The notes beneath the pieces were generated by a model that was not told the DNA's origin, searched no databases, and was given only the letters and a program-made list of their open reading frames with translations. Of a DNA stretch of 64,000 nt, positions 1 to 8,683 are shown in pieces (the stretch's first letter is position 1; every line of letters begins with the position of its first letter). A program made the translations under genes and the position numbers. Origin of the DNA: a virus (lineage: Duplodnaviria > Caudoviricetes); IMG/VR virus record IMGVR_UViG_3300037863_000105, positions 950 through 64,949 of that record; one strand, given 5' to 3'.

Positions 1-1
1 T

Positions 2-460
2 TTCTATGGCAGATATATGGAAGCAGCGCAAGAATTAAAACGTCACCTAGAGCTTCCTACAGCGCACTGGGCTCCAGAGCGTGCCGCATCCATGCGTTTT
101 ATTGGCAAATCACTTCCAGCAGAGTCTGAGATTTGGTTTCGCAAAGCAATTGACCAAGCACCAGGACGCCGTGAGCCATTTGTGGATTTAGCAAAACTCT
201 ACTATGACCGTCAAGACTGGGAGAGATGTTTAGATGTTTCAGAGAAAGCTTTAGAGATTACTGTTAAGCCTCTTGAGTATCTTTGCGAAGCAGAAGCTTG
301 GGGAGCAGCTCCTCATGACTATGCTGCAATATCTTCCTATAGATTAGGAAATTTTAAAGATTCCTACGAGCATGGTAAAAATGCAGTAAAGATTGAGCCA
401 GATAATGAAAGAATGGTTAAGAACTTAGAGTTTTATGAGCAGGATTCAAAAGAGTCTTAG
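2..460 (+). CDS. TPR-repeat protein, C-terminal part (5'-truncated by window edge); possibly the TPR tail of a glycosyltransferase-TPR protein
   Basis: Frame is open from base 2 (FYGRYMEAA...). Helical TPR-like segments (WFRKAIDQAPGRREPFVDLAKLYY; YEHGKNAVKIEPDNERMVKNL). Confidence 0.6.
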   Translation, partial: FYGRYMEAAQELKRHLELPTAHWAPERAASMRFIGKSLPAESEIWFRKAIDQAPGRREPFVDLAKLYYDRQDWERCLDVSEKALEITVKPLEYLCEAEAWGAAPHDYAAISSYRLGNFKDSYEHGKNAVKIEPDNERMVKNLEFYEQDSKES

Positions 461-962
461 ACTTTTTACGAGCTTTCTTTTCTTTCTCTTTAATTTTTTT
501 CTCAGCTTTTTCTATGCGTTCTAAATTATAAAGCTCTACTGCGTTAAAGCTTGTTCTACTTCTCCAAGAAAAATTACAAGCATTGCATGTAACAATTTTT
601 GCCACAGTCCAACGACCGCCACCAGGTACTTCTACAGAACTTGTCTCTAGTTTAGATGGACGAGCTGAGCAGTATGGACAATTTGGGAACCTTCGACGAC
701 GAGCCTCTTCACCTTTGTATGATACAGAAAGTGTTCTACGAATTTCAACTTCATCTCTGCCTCCCCAAATACCCCAAATTTGACGGTGTTCTAGTGCCCA
801 CTGTAAACACTGTTTACGTACAGGACATCCAAAGCATAGGTTTTTGGCATCGTACTTCTCTTTAGGTTCTTTAGAAAAGAACCAATCTCGAGAGTCTCGA
901 TGTTCGGACTTGGCACAGAGCGAGTCCATCTGCCAATTTAAGTTAGTTGCTGGTTTCCACAC
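417..962 (-). CDS. whiB: WhiB-family Fe-S transcription factor with C-terminal zinc ribbon
   Basis: Four WhiB cysteines (LCAK, LCFGCPVRKQC) and GIWGG turn; extra CPYC...CNAC pair downstream; basic tail. Confidence 0.9.
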   Translation of the reverse strand: MWKPATNLNWQMDSLCAKSEHRDSRDWFFSKEPKEKYDAKNLCFGCPVRKQCLQWALEHRQIWGIWGGRDEVEIRRTLSVSYKGEEARRRRFPNCPYCSARPSKLETSSVEVPGGGRWTVAKIVTCNACNFSWRSRTSFNAVELYNLERIEKAEKKIKEKEKKARKKSKTLLNPAHKTLSS

Positions 963-1007
963 ATAACAATGTTACCAAATTGTTATAGAAAATATACAAC
1001 TAAACAA

Positions 1008-1343
1008 CTATATTTCTACCCAAGTTATCGGGCCACTATCTTCAACTATGTCACCATACTCTGTCTCGCCATCTTCGTTACAAGACCAGTATTCAGTTTC
1101 ATCTATAATAATCCCACCCCAACCAATGGTGATATTGGAGTTCTCTACAAGTTTAAATCCGTCACCTAAAGAATCGGCAATTCCATCTCTTTGAAAAGTA
1201 GAAGCAAGAGCTCTACGGACAAGGTCGTTATTTATATCAACGTGGTCATGCGTGAAGTAAACAACTTCTGCATCTGTCTGAGCTTCATATCCTTCACCAT
1301 GCCATTGCTGCCAAAGCTGCTCGCCAACTCGAGAGTCTTTCAC
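1008..1343 (-). CDS. hypothetical acidic protein
   Basis: 111-aa ORF overlapping the upstream gene by 4 bp in a co-directional operon. Confidence 0.6.
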   Translation of the reverse strand: MKDSRVGEQLWQQWHGEGYEAQTDAEVVYFTHDHVDINNDLVRRALASTFQRDGIADSLGDGFKLVENSNITIGWGGIIIDETEYWSCNEDGETEYGDIVEDSGPITWVEI

Positions 1344-1642
1344 TCTTCTTGTTCTCCATCTTCTAAGGGAGTCAGAGTATGGTGATTTTTTGGGCCAGTT
1401 GCTGGGTACATAATTATCTGAGGGTCACGTAGTTCAAAAATACCAGAGATAGTAATTCCTCCACAGACTGTGCAAGATTCTACAGAACCTGTATTGACCT
1501 TTTGAGGTACGTCAACTCCTTTAAGACGCATCAAGATAGTTCCACTATTATCAATGCTCTCAGGCTCCCAACGAGCATGGTCTCTAATCCAGCATGCTTC
1601 ACACACTGGCATAGGAGATGTAAACTCTCTAGACTGACTCAT
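1340..1642 (-). CDS. hypothetical protein with two CxxC pairs (possible Zn finger)
   Basis: CEAC and CTVC motifs; fills the operon. Confidence 0.6.
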   Translation of the reverse strand: MSQSREFTSPMPVCEACWIRDHARWEPESIDNSGTILMRLKGVDVPQKVNTGSVESCTVCGGITISGIFELRDPQIIMYPATGPKNHHTLTPLEDGEQEE

Positions 1643-1658
1643 ATTACAAGTCTACTAT

Positions 1659-1943
1659 CTACACAGGTTTTATATCTGCGACTTTTATGCCACTTAGACG
1701 TCTTATTTTTTGACGTTCCCTTGGGGACATGCCGCCCCACATTCCATGAATTTCATTTTTAATGCCCCAATCGGCGCACTCAACTCTGTAGTTACACCCT
1801 ATACAAATCTTCTTTGCTTCTGTATATTCTGAGTCAGCGTTGCGATAGCCAGGCTCATCTGGGTCCTTAGCAAAGAAAATATTTACATCTAAAGAGGCAC
1901 AGTCTGCATTTTCAAATACTGGAGGGAGTCTACTGTTCTTCAT
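1659..1943 (-). CDS. whiB: second WhiB-family transcription factor
   Basis: ADCASLDVNIFF...AKKICIGCNYRVEC...HGMWGGMSPRER. Start moved to ATG 1943 (MKNSRL), overlapping the stop of the upstream gene. Confidence 0.9.
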   Translation of the reverse strand: MKNSRLPPVFENADCASLDVNIFFAKDPDEPGYRNADSEYTEAKKICIGCNYRVECADWGIKNEIHGMWGGMSPRERQKIRRLSGIKVADIKPV

Positions 1944-2286
1944 TATGTAGAGTACTAGATACTTCATAGCCGCACCCTGCATAGCCTGCAATATCAATCC
2001 AAGTATCTGGTTGGAATCCAGATTTAGATATAAATCGAGCTAACTTCATTCCAATCATTGCCATAGCAACATCTTCGGTTGTAAATTCTTTGTCAAGAAT
2101 TACTGACCAAATCTTTGCAATATTAGTAAAGTTCTCTTGAGGAGTTCCATATTGACCATTTCGGTCACCGTTAATAAGCCGAGCAGCCTCTCTCAAAGCT
2201 TCAACTCTTAATGGAGTCTCTTCTCCTGTTACCTTTGCAGACGTTGCTTGCTCTGTGTATAAAGGCTTTGATTCGTTATCTGACAT
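1930..2286 (-). CDS. DUF6378-like phage protein
   Basis: L.EA..LI.GDR...YG.P.ENF..IA..W...DTWIDIAGYA pattern. Confidence 0.7.
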   Translation of the reverse strand: MSDNESKPLYTEQATSAKVTGEETPLRVEALREAARLINGDRNGQYGTPQENFTNIAKIWSVILDKEFTTEDVAMAMIGMKLARFISKSGFQPDTWIDIAGYAGCGYEVSSTLHNEEQ

Positions 2287-2524
2287 CTTTTATTCTCGCA
2301 ATCACTTCGGAGGTGTATTTATACTCACTCAACTTATTAGTGTCTTCACTTACTATCAATTCATAATTAATAGTGTGCCTAGACAATGGTTCATATTCCT
2401 CATCATCAAATTCAAATTCGTCATCTGATGACTCTAAAAACTTAGAAATAGCTATGTCTGCTGCACTCGTCAGTTCGTCATAGCTATTCCCATAAACTAT
2501 AAATTTTAAAGTTGTTGTCCTCAA
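2276..2524 (-). CDS. hypothetical acidic protein
   Basis: 82-aa ORF coupled to both neighbours. Confidence 0.55.
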   Translation of the reverse strand: MRTTTLKFIVYGNSYDELTSAADIAISKFLESSDDEFEFDDEEYEPLSRHTINYELIVSEDTNKLSEYKYTSEVIARIKDVR

Positions 2525-2946
2525 CTGAGGATTAGCTTCTCTAATTTTATTGGAGGGTAGTGCGCACCTTCAAGTGTTGGTTTAATACCGTCATTGCTTT
2601 TAATAATAACGTCTCCGTAACGAACTCCAACAACTATACCTCTACGTCCATTGTGCATCATACCTAGTTCCCCATCAAAAGCATCTGCTCTTACACGGAC
2701 AATCTCTGTAACCCTAATGTCTCCTGGACGAACTGGAACCCAGTTTTCATTTTTCTTTTCTTTAATAACAACATGACCAAGAGCCAACTTCGAGAACATA
2801 TCAATAGTTTGCTGTTTAAAATCAGGGGTCAAGTTATCAAGTGAATCAAACAGTTCAACTAATTTCATAGTTGCATCCCCGACGGGTTTGCGCACCTTAG
2901 CTGCCTGTAGCTGGGATTTAACCCAGTCCATATTAAGTTCTCCCAT
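2521..2946 (-). CDS. hypothetical phage protein (C-terminal SH3/KOW-like segment)
   Basis: 141 aa; SD GGAG upstream; VRPGD...G.VVGVRYGDVII beta pattern. Confidence 0.6.
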   Translation of the reverse strand: MGELNMDWVKSQLQAAKVRKPVGDATMKLVELFDSLDNLTPDFKQQTIDMFSKLALGHVVIKEKKNENWVPVRPGDIRVTEIVRVRADAFDGELGMMHNGRRGIVVGVRYGDVIIKSNDGIKPTLEGAHYPPIKLEKLILS

Positions 2947-2999
2947 TAAAAACTCCTTTCGCTCTTTAATTGTAGTCTTTTTGACTTACATATTCTACT

Positions 3000-4028
3000 T
3001 TAGACACTTAGTTTTGCTATATTTAAACTATGTAATAGATTTTTAAGAGTCTCTTCCCAAGTTGTAATTTTACTAAGGTATGACTCCCGCTGAGCAAGGG
3101 CAAGATTAAATCTTTCCTCTTTTGACATCTCTTCAATAGAACTTGGTAGGTACGACCACTCAATTCCAATAGGAGAAGTTAAACGCCATTCGGTAGCAAC
3201 GGGGATACCCACAGACAAGCTCTGAGCAAGCGCAGGAGACCACCATGGCTCAGAGTTGCGGTAGACACTGACTATTGTTCCTATAGATTTCTCAACCCGC
3301 TCTACCGTTATACCCTGCTTCTCCCAACGAGTACCTCTTGTAGAGAAAACATCATGGTTTAGCGTATCTATAACAGACTTTGACCACTTAGTTGAAGGAT
3401 TGTCACATGTCCAATACTTGGACTCTTCATTGTCTTTGAATTGCAAATAAGGGGCTCGAAGAATATAAGAGTCAAGATTTACTGGAATTAGGGTTTCTAT
3501 GTCTACATTAGGTAGCGCCTTTTGCACTGCCTCTGAGGTAGACCAGGGAAACGCTGGGTATAAAGTTGTAGGCCACTGCTCGCTGTAAAGAAATTCATTG
3601 AACTCATAGATTTCAGCTCTGAGCTCTGGATTGGTTACAAGGTCTAAATAACTTTTTCTTCTTTGATAAAAATCTTTAGACAAGTCTGAAATATTCATAT
3701 GCACAGACTTAATAGAAGCCTGAAGTTTATATTGCTCTGGTGCGTCAATAAAAAGGGAGAGGTTGCCAATCTTGCGAGCTCGATTAGCTATAGCAAAAGC
3801 GGGATAAATTTTATTTGCAGAGAGGCTAGTAGGAGGAGCAATTCCAACAAGAACGCTGTCATACTCACGTAGTTTCTCTTCTGTAATATAAATAGATGGC
3901 TCAATGACCTCAACTGATGCGCCAGCTTCTTCAAGAGCTTTTGCAAGAAGAGCGGAGAACGTTATAGTCCTCAACGCTGTAGCGCTAGATGCTTGCTGAG
4001 CAGTGCATCCAGTAATTAAAACTTTCAT
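3000..4028 (-). CDS. putative GT-B-fold glycosyltransferase resembling T4 DNA beta-glucosyltransferase
   Basis: 342 aa. MKVLITG first strand, helix, G.SVEVI, EYDSVLVG, LFID and C-terminal RFNLALAQRESYL helix follow the T4 BGT pattern as recalled. Lies in the replication operon. Confidence 0.45.
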   Translation of the reverse strand: MKVLITGCTAQQASSATALRTITFSALLAKALEEAGASVEVIEPSIYITEEKLREYDSVLVGIAPPTSLSANKIYPAFAIANRARKIGNLSLFIDAPEQYKLQASIKSVHMNISDLSKDFYQRRKSYLDLVTNPELRAEIYEFNEFLYSEQWPTTLYPAFPWSTSEAVQKALPNVDIETLIPVNLDSYILRAPYLQFKDNEESKYWTCDNPSTKWSKSVIDTLNHDVFSTRGTRWEKQGITVERVEKSIGTIVSVYRNSEPWWSPALAQSLSVGIPVATEWRLTSPIGIEWSYLPSSIEEMSKEERFNLALAQRESYLSKITTWEETLKNLLHSLNIAKLSV

Positions 4029-4114
4029 TGTGTTACCTTCCCAAACATTTGTTGTAGTAACTAGAATGCCGCCCAGCCATAAGACTGGACGGCACTCTCG
4101 CTAATAGTTCTTAT

Positions 4115-4633
4115 TTAGAACGGAGCAGCAGGGGCAGCAGATGGTGCTGGTGCGGGTGCAGGTGCGGGTGCAGGTGCAGGGGCTGGAGCAGAGGCATTCA
4201 TTGGAGCGCCAGGTGCTGCAGATGTTGCAGATGCAGGGTAGTAGTTCTTGATTTCATTTGACTTGTTACCGTTGTAGGTACGTGTGCCAATCTGCCCACG
4301 GAACTTACGACCAACAAGTGCCTGCTCAATTTGTGAATTGCTTGGGGCACGGTCAAAGAATTCTTTTGTAAGAGACATTGCAGACATCTTACGAAAGAAA
4401 ATACCCAACGCAGTTGAGTTATCTGGTGAAACAACTAGGTTGTCCCAAACAAGACGCTTTGCAAATGCGCCTGACTCGACCTGACTCTTGGTAGAGAACA
4501 TGGTCTTACCAGACTGCGTAACCTTTGCAGTTGCTTCAAGCACTACTAGGTCGTAGTCACCGTCTGGTAGTGGTTCCATAGATACTGATTCGCCAGCATC
4601 TTTGATAAGGTCAGCCCAATTTAATGAACTCAT
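4115..4633 (-). CDS. ssb: single-stranded DNA-binding protein (DUF669-like) with Ala-Pro tail
   Basis: EPLPDGDYDLVV...SGKTM...RLVWDNL OB-fold pattern; (AP)n linker ending in APF; follows AAA ATPase and exonuclease. Confidence 0.7.
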   Translation of the reverse strand: MSSLNWADLIKDAGESVSMEPLPDGDYDLVVLEATAKVTQSGKTMFSTKSQVESGAFAKRLVWDNLVVSPDNSTALGIFFRKMSAMSLTKEFFDRAPSNSQIEQALVGRKFRGQIGTRTYNGNKSNEIKNYYPASATSAAPGAPMNASAPAPAPAPAPAPAPAPSAAPAAPF

Positions 4634-4636
4634 AGC

Positions 4637-5407
4637 TTATACCTCTTTCTTTTTTGTTGTAGTTTCAGTCTTTTTTGGACCAAAAATTGTGTCAAGCATT
4701 ACCTCGATGGAAAGCTTGTCTTGTTCGACGATAGCGCCAAGACGACCTTGTACTCTCTCGCCTGCTTCATACTCATTTGTGCGCTCAACATACATACGTC
4801 GAACCTTATAAGGAGGTTGAAGTGGGTCTGGATTAGGGAACTGTTCAATTGTCAGTGCACCAAGGATGTCAAAAAAGTATGGTGCTTGAATTGCAAGTTG
4901 CCCCTGCAGATACGGACGGTGTTTACCGTCTTGTGTAACTCGAGACATCGCTGTAAGTACAACAGCCTCGAGTGGATTACTAGCGTGCATTGTTAGGTCG
5001 CGGAGGTCGCGAAGAAGTCCACCCATGTGACGAAGTAGTTCGCCCCACTGTTGCATCTTCATCTGCTCGCTACCAGCAATACTGTCCATGCACTTAACCT
5101 GCAACTCCGAGATGGAGTCAATGATTAAGGACTTAAACTGGTGTTTGCCTAACTGCAACCATTGATACGCCTTGACTACAGTATCGTAATTGCGCACTTG
5201 GACAACAACCGTATCCCAAGTTCCATCTGCAATAGGAGGTTCCTCCCGCAGAGGGTCCCAATACTTAACGATGATAGGGAGGAATCGGTGTCCACCCTCA
5301 ACATCTAGCATTAGTCGTGGGTATGGTGCTGTAACAGCAAAGCTGGACTTGCCAACTTTTGACTCACCGTAAATCATCGCGGTCAAAGACCTTTGGATGT
5401 CACTCAT
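4637..5407 (-). CDS. AAA_24/Sak4-like ATPase (recombination/annealing)
   Basis: Walker A GESKVGKS, LMLDVEGG, Walker B LIIDSISE. Confidence 0.75.
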   Translation of the reverse strand: MSDIQRSLTAMIYGESKVGKSSFAVTAPYPRLMLDVEGGHRFLPIIVKYWDPLREEPPIADGTWDTVVVQVRNYDTVVKAYQWLQLGKHQFKSLIIDSISELQVKCMDSIAGSEQMKMQQWGELLRHMGGLLRDLRDLTMHASNPLEAVVLTAMSRVTQDGKHRPYLQGQLAIQAPYFFDILGALTIEQFPNPDPLQPPYKVRRMYVERTNEYEAGERVQGRLGAIVEQDKLSIEVMLDTIFGPKKTETTTKKKEV

Positions 5408-5410
5408 GTG

Positions 5411-6337
5411 TCACTCATTTCCTTTCTTCTCTTCGCCGTAGTAGGCATATGGGTCAGCCTCTACGAACATTTCGCTTATTGCCTGCTCTGCAGCACTACC
5501 ATCATCGACGAGAGTGCATACCGAATAGAACTTACACTTCCACTTACAATCCCTTGATGGGCTTGGGTAGGCGTGAAAGCTTGGTTGCTCACCTGCATCA
5601 AGAGCTGTACGAACTCGCATGAGGTCAGTAACAGTTCCGTGCAAACGGTCCCAGAAAGAACGTAAGGTGAAAATATTGTGTCGAACTTCAATCTGGTCAT
5701 AGAAAGGTGGCTTTGCAGCAGCAGAGCGACGAACCTTCTTTAACATCGTAAAGATGCCTCCGTCTGAGCGCTCTCCATCTACATCTTTACTCTGTTCCAA
5801 GACCATGTAAGTAAGAATTTGTTCGTTCATTGGAGCAAGGTTTGCAAAGTCGCTAAGCGAACCACCAACGGTTTTAAAGTCACGGAACATACGAACACCA
5901 TCAGCCCTACGACGAACTCGCATATCAAGCTTGCCTTGGAGTTCAACTTCTCCATTAAACATTGGCATAACAATAGTTTCTTCAGTAGAAATCATCTCTA
6001 GGTCAGCATCAATGCCTTCTTCTTCATTCCACTGTAGGTATCCCTCAAGCATGATGTGCCCAAGTTCTCCTTCTTTCTCAAGGTCTGAGACATCTCTAAA
6101 GTTCTCTAGTAGAAGTTCCTTCTCTGTATTGACTAAGTTCGAGTGGGCTTGTAATAGAGGAGTTCCATTTGCATAGTAATCATCTAAAGCAGCATGGATA
6201 CGGGTTCCTAGTGCAAGCGCACCAGTTGAATCTTTGTACTTAGGTTGTAGACGTCGATAGTATGTCAACCACCAGCGTCTGCGACAATCTTTAAATGTTT
6301 GAATCTCTGAGTTAGAGAGTCTTACAACACCACTCAT
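5411..6337 (-). CDS. PD-(D/E)XK (RecB-like) exonuclease with Cys cluster
   Basis: LSNSEIQTFKDCRRRWW, GTRIH, GKLD...DFKT catalytic motif, C-terminal CKWKC.F..VC. Confidence 0.85.
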   Translation of the reverse strand: MSGVVRLSNSEIQTFKDCRRRWWLTYYRRLQPKYKDSTGALALGTRIHAALDDYYANGTPLLQAHSNLVNTEKELLLENFRDVSDLEKEGELGHIMLEGYLQWNEEEGIDADLEMISTEETIVMPMFNGEVELQGKLDMRVRRRADGVRMFRDFKTVGGSLSDFANLAPMNEQILTYMVLEQSKDVDGERSDGGIFTMLKKVRRSAAAKPPFYDQIEVRHNIFTLRSFWDRLHGTVTDLMRVRTALDAGEQPSFHAYPSPSRDCKWKCKFYSVCTLVDDGSAAEQAISEMFVEADPYAYYGEEKKGNE

Positions 6338-8133
6338 AGTTTCCCTGCCTTATCATCTTTTAGAAGATTGAGTAGTTGGTCTTTGTCACGGACAATCTGC
6401 TCAAAGTTATCTGCCTTGGTTTCAAGGACTTGCAAAACTCGTTCTTCGATAGTTCCTTCAGTTACATAATCTGTAATGATGATTGAGTCGTGAATCTCTG
6501 ACCCAATACGGTGTACACGGTCCAACGCTTGCTTATGGTCAACAAGTGACCAAGGGCGTTGAAGCATAATCAAACGGCGTGCAGCAGTCAAAGTCACTCC
6601 TACACCTCCTGCTTGTGCTGTAAACAGAATCCACTTTATACGACCAGACTGGAAGTCGTCAATAGACTTCTGTCGCTCATCCTCATCTTGGGCTCCAGTG
6701 ATAAGACCGTGATTGATATGTGCTTTAGTCATTGCAGCGCTTAGAAGTTCAATCAACTGACGCGACACAGCACATACAGCAACAGAGTCGTCACCAAAGT
6801 CACCAGCAGAGATATCATTCATCAGTTGGTCTACTTTACAAGAAGGCTCTGACAAAATAGCTTTCGGCTCGCCAGTCTTCTCATTAACTTCAATGGTTGC
6901 ATATGCATTTGCAAACTGAATCAACCGAGTAGTCTGAGTAAGAATTGAAGGAGCAGTTAAAGCTTCTCCATTTTCTAGTTCAGCAATCATCGTGTCACGC
7001 ATCTGCTCATAAGCTTTTTTCTGCTTAGTAGACATCTCGACATCTCGACGCTCATTCATAACTTCTGGGAGCCAAGGAAGTACAACCTTCTTAAGCATGC
7101 GACGCATGTGTGGGTTAATTCCCTTGTAAAACTCATCTTGCATATGGGGCTTTACGCCAATCACCAACATGCCACCGAATGCATTAAGCATGGTGTCAAT
7201 CATGCGGTCAATCCACTTGGTTTTGCTTGGCCAATCCTTTGGAGATAGCCAATGCAAAATCGCCCACAAATCGATGACATTGTTAGCAATTGGTGTTCCT
7301 GTTAGAGCAAATCGAATATCTGCATCTCCAGTTGCTGACCAAAGAGCACGAGTTTGCTTAGACTTAGGTTCCTTAGAACGGTGAATCTCATCGGCTACTA
7401 CAGCCTTAAAATCAATTCTATTAAGTTCACGTTGATGAACCTCGCAACGTGTCTCGGAGATAGATTCATCGTGACCACCGCAATCAGCACAACGAGTTAG
7501 AGCAACTGAGCCGTACGGGGCTAGACGAGAATGAGCACGCACAGACTCCCAGTTAATGACAAAAACATCGGCTTCTGCCTCAAATTGCTTCTTCCGCTGA
7601 GCAGCAGTCCCTTTGATTACTTGAACGGTAACTCCAGGCCACCACATACCAAACTCACGGGCCCAGTTCTTCTTCAAAGTGTTAGGACAGACGACAAGAG
7701 CAGGGAAAACAGCCTCACCATTGTCTTGGATACGCTTCAATGCACGAATGGCCTGCGCAGTCTTACCTAAGCCTGGTTCATCAGCTAGAAGTGCCCTTTT
7801 AGCGATACTCAGGAAGGCTACACCCGCTCTTTGATGCGGGAACAGGTCTTCATCCCCATCTGCTGTCTCAAGCTCTCTGAGGGCCAGTGAGGGGTTAATA
7901 CGGCTAGTTAATTCATTGGCTGCCCACTCATTTAAGGCTGGTCCAATAGTCAAATCTTCACGAAAAGTGGAGCGCAAGGCAAGACAACTAGACCAACTCA
8001 AGACTAGACGCCAAACTTGGTCTTTTGCGTTCCAAGAAGAACCTGGAAGAGCTTTACATAGCTCTTTATAGCGCCATTCGGCGTTAATAACGATGTGTGC
8101 TTTCTCAGAATCGAGGTCTGCTAAAACTGGCAC
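6334..8133 (-). CDS. SNF2-family helicase
   Basis: LLADEPGLGKT, DEIH, LTGTPIAN, FQSG...AGGVGVTLTAA, QALDRVHRIG. Confidence 0.92.
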   Translation of the reverse strand: MPVLADLDSEKAHIVINAEWRYKELCKALPGSSWNAKDQVWRLVLSWSSCLALRSTFREDLTIGPALNEWAANELTSRINPSLALRELETADGDEDLFPHQRAGVAFLSIAKRALLADEPGLGKTAQAIRALKRIQDNGEAVFPALVVCPNTLKKNWAREFGMWWPGVTVQVIKGTAAQRKKQFEAEADVFVINWESVRAHSRLAPYGSVALTRCADCGGHDESISETRCEVHQRELNRIDFKAVVADEIHRSKEPKSKQTRALWSATGDADIRFALTGTPIANNVIDLWAILHWLSPKDWPSKTKWIDRMIDTMLNAFGGMLVIGVKPHMQDEFYKGINPHMRRMLKKVVLPWLPEVMNERRDVEMSTKQKKAYEQMRDTMIAELENGEALTAPSILTQTTRLIQFANAYATIEVNEKTGEPKAILSEPSCKVDQLMNDISAGDFGDDSVAVCAVSRQLIELLSAAMTKAHINHGLITGAQDEDERQKSIDDFQSGRIKWILFTAQAGGVGVTLTAARRLIMLQRPWSLVDHKQALDRVHRIGSEIHDSIIITDYVTEGTIEERVLQVLETKADNFEQIVRDKDQLLNLLKDDKAGKL

Positions 8134-8160
8134 TTAAACTACCTTTCGTCGCTGTGTATA

Positions 8161-8207
8161 GATACTAACAGATATTTCTTACAAACTGTAAATTTCTTGT
8201 TAGTATC
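8161..8207. promoter_or_regulatory. inverted repeat (GATACTAACA / TGTTAGTATC) overlapping the likely promoter of the helicase operon
   Basis: 10-bp perfect arms at 8161-8170 and 8198-8207; TAGTAT -10 on minus strand; CGACGAAAGG leader at 8142-8151. Confidence 0.5.
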
Positions 8208-8209
8208 TT

Positions 8210-8683
8210 TTACTTGTCTAACAGTACCCTAGGAATCCATCTTTGTCTAACTAGAGCCATTAGGGCGTGTCGCAGAGCGTCATTAGCATGCCCTTCGCCA
8301 CCTTTATGCCAAACTCCTATAGTTTGTAGGGCTTTGTTAGAAAACATGTTTTTCGCGTCCGCTGGGGTCTGCAGAATAATTTTATCTACTGGATACCCAG
8401 CCTCACGGCATAGATGCTTAAGTACACCAATCTGCTCGAGGCTGTAGGGTGCTTGAGAGTTACGAACAGTCTGAGCAGTAATGGTGAAGCGCTCGCAGAC
8501 AACAATAAAGCTGTCGTACTTCTCCCACCCAGTCATTGCTGTTGTAACCGCTTGAGCAAACTCTTCTGGCTGAGGCTCCATAGATAACAGTCGTTGAGGA
8601 AGGTCATTTGGGTTACCAGACCACTCAACCAAACCAACTCCTGTAGCTTTCCCTGGGTCAACTGATAAGACAACAATGCTCAT
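8210..8683 (-). CDS. RuvC-like Holliday junction resolvase
   Basis: VLSVDPGKATG, VVCERF, HANDALRH RNase-H-fold motifs. Confidence 0.8.
   Translation of the reverse strand: MSIVVLSVDPGKATGVGLVEWSGNPNDLPQRLLSMEPQPEEFAQAVTTAMTGWEKYDSFIVVCERFTITAQTVRNSQAPYSLEQIGVLKHLCREAGYPVDKIILQTPADAKNMFSNKALQTIGVWHKGGEGHANDALRHALMALVRQRWIPRVLLDK

Noticed and set aside
4130-4230. GCAGGTGCGGGT tandem repeat
   Set aside because: Simply encodes the Ala-Pro linker of the SSB tail.
5411-6337. Cas4 / CRISPR link
   Set aside because: Cys-cluster PD-(D/E)XK nuclease sits with an AAA ATPase and SSB, the usual phage recombination trio; no repeat-spacer array or other cas gene in the window.
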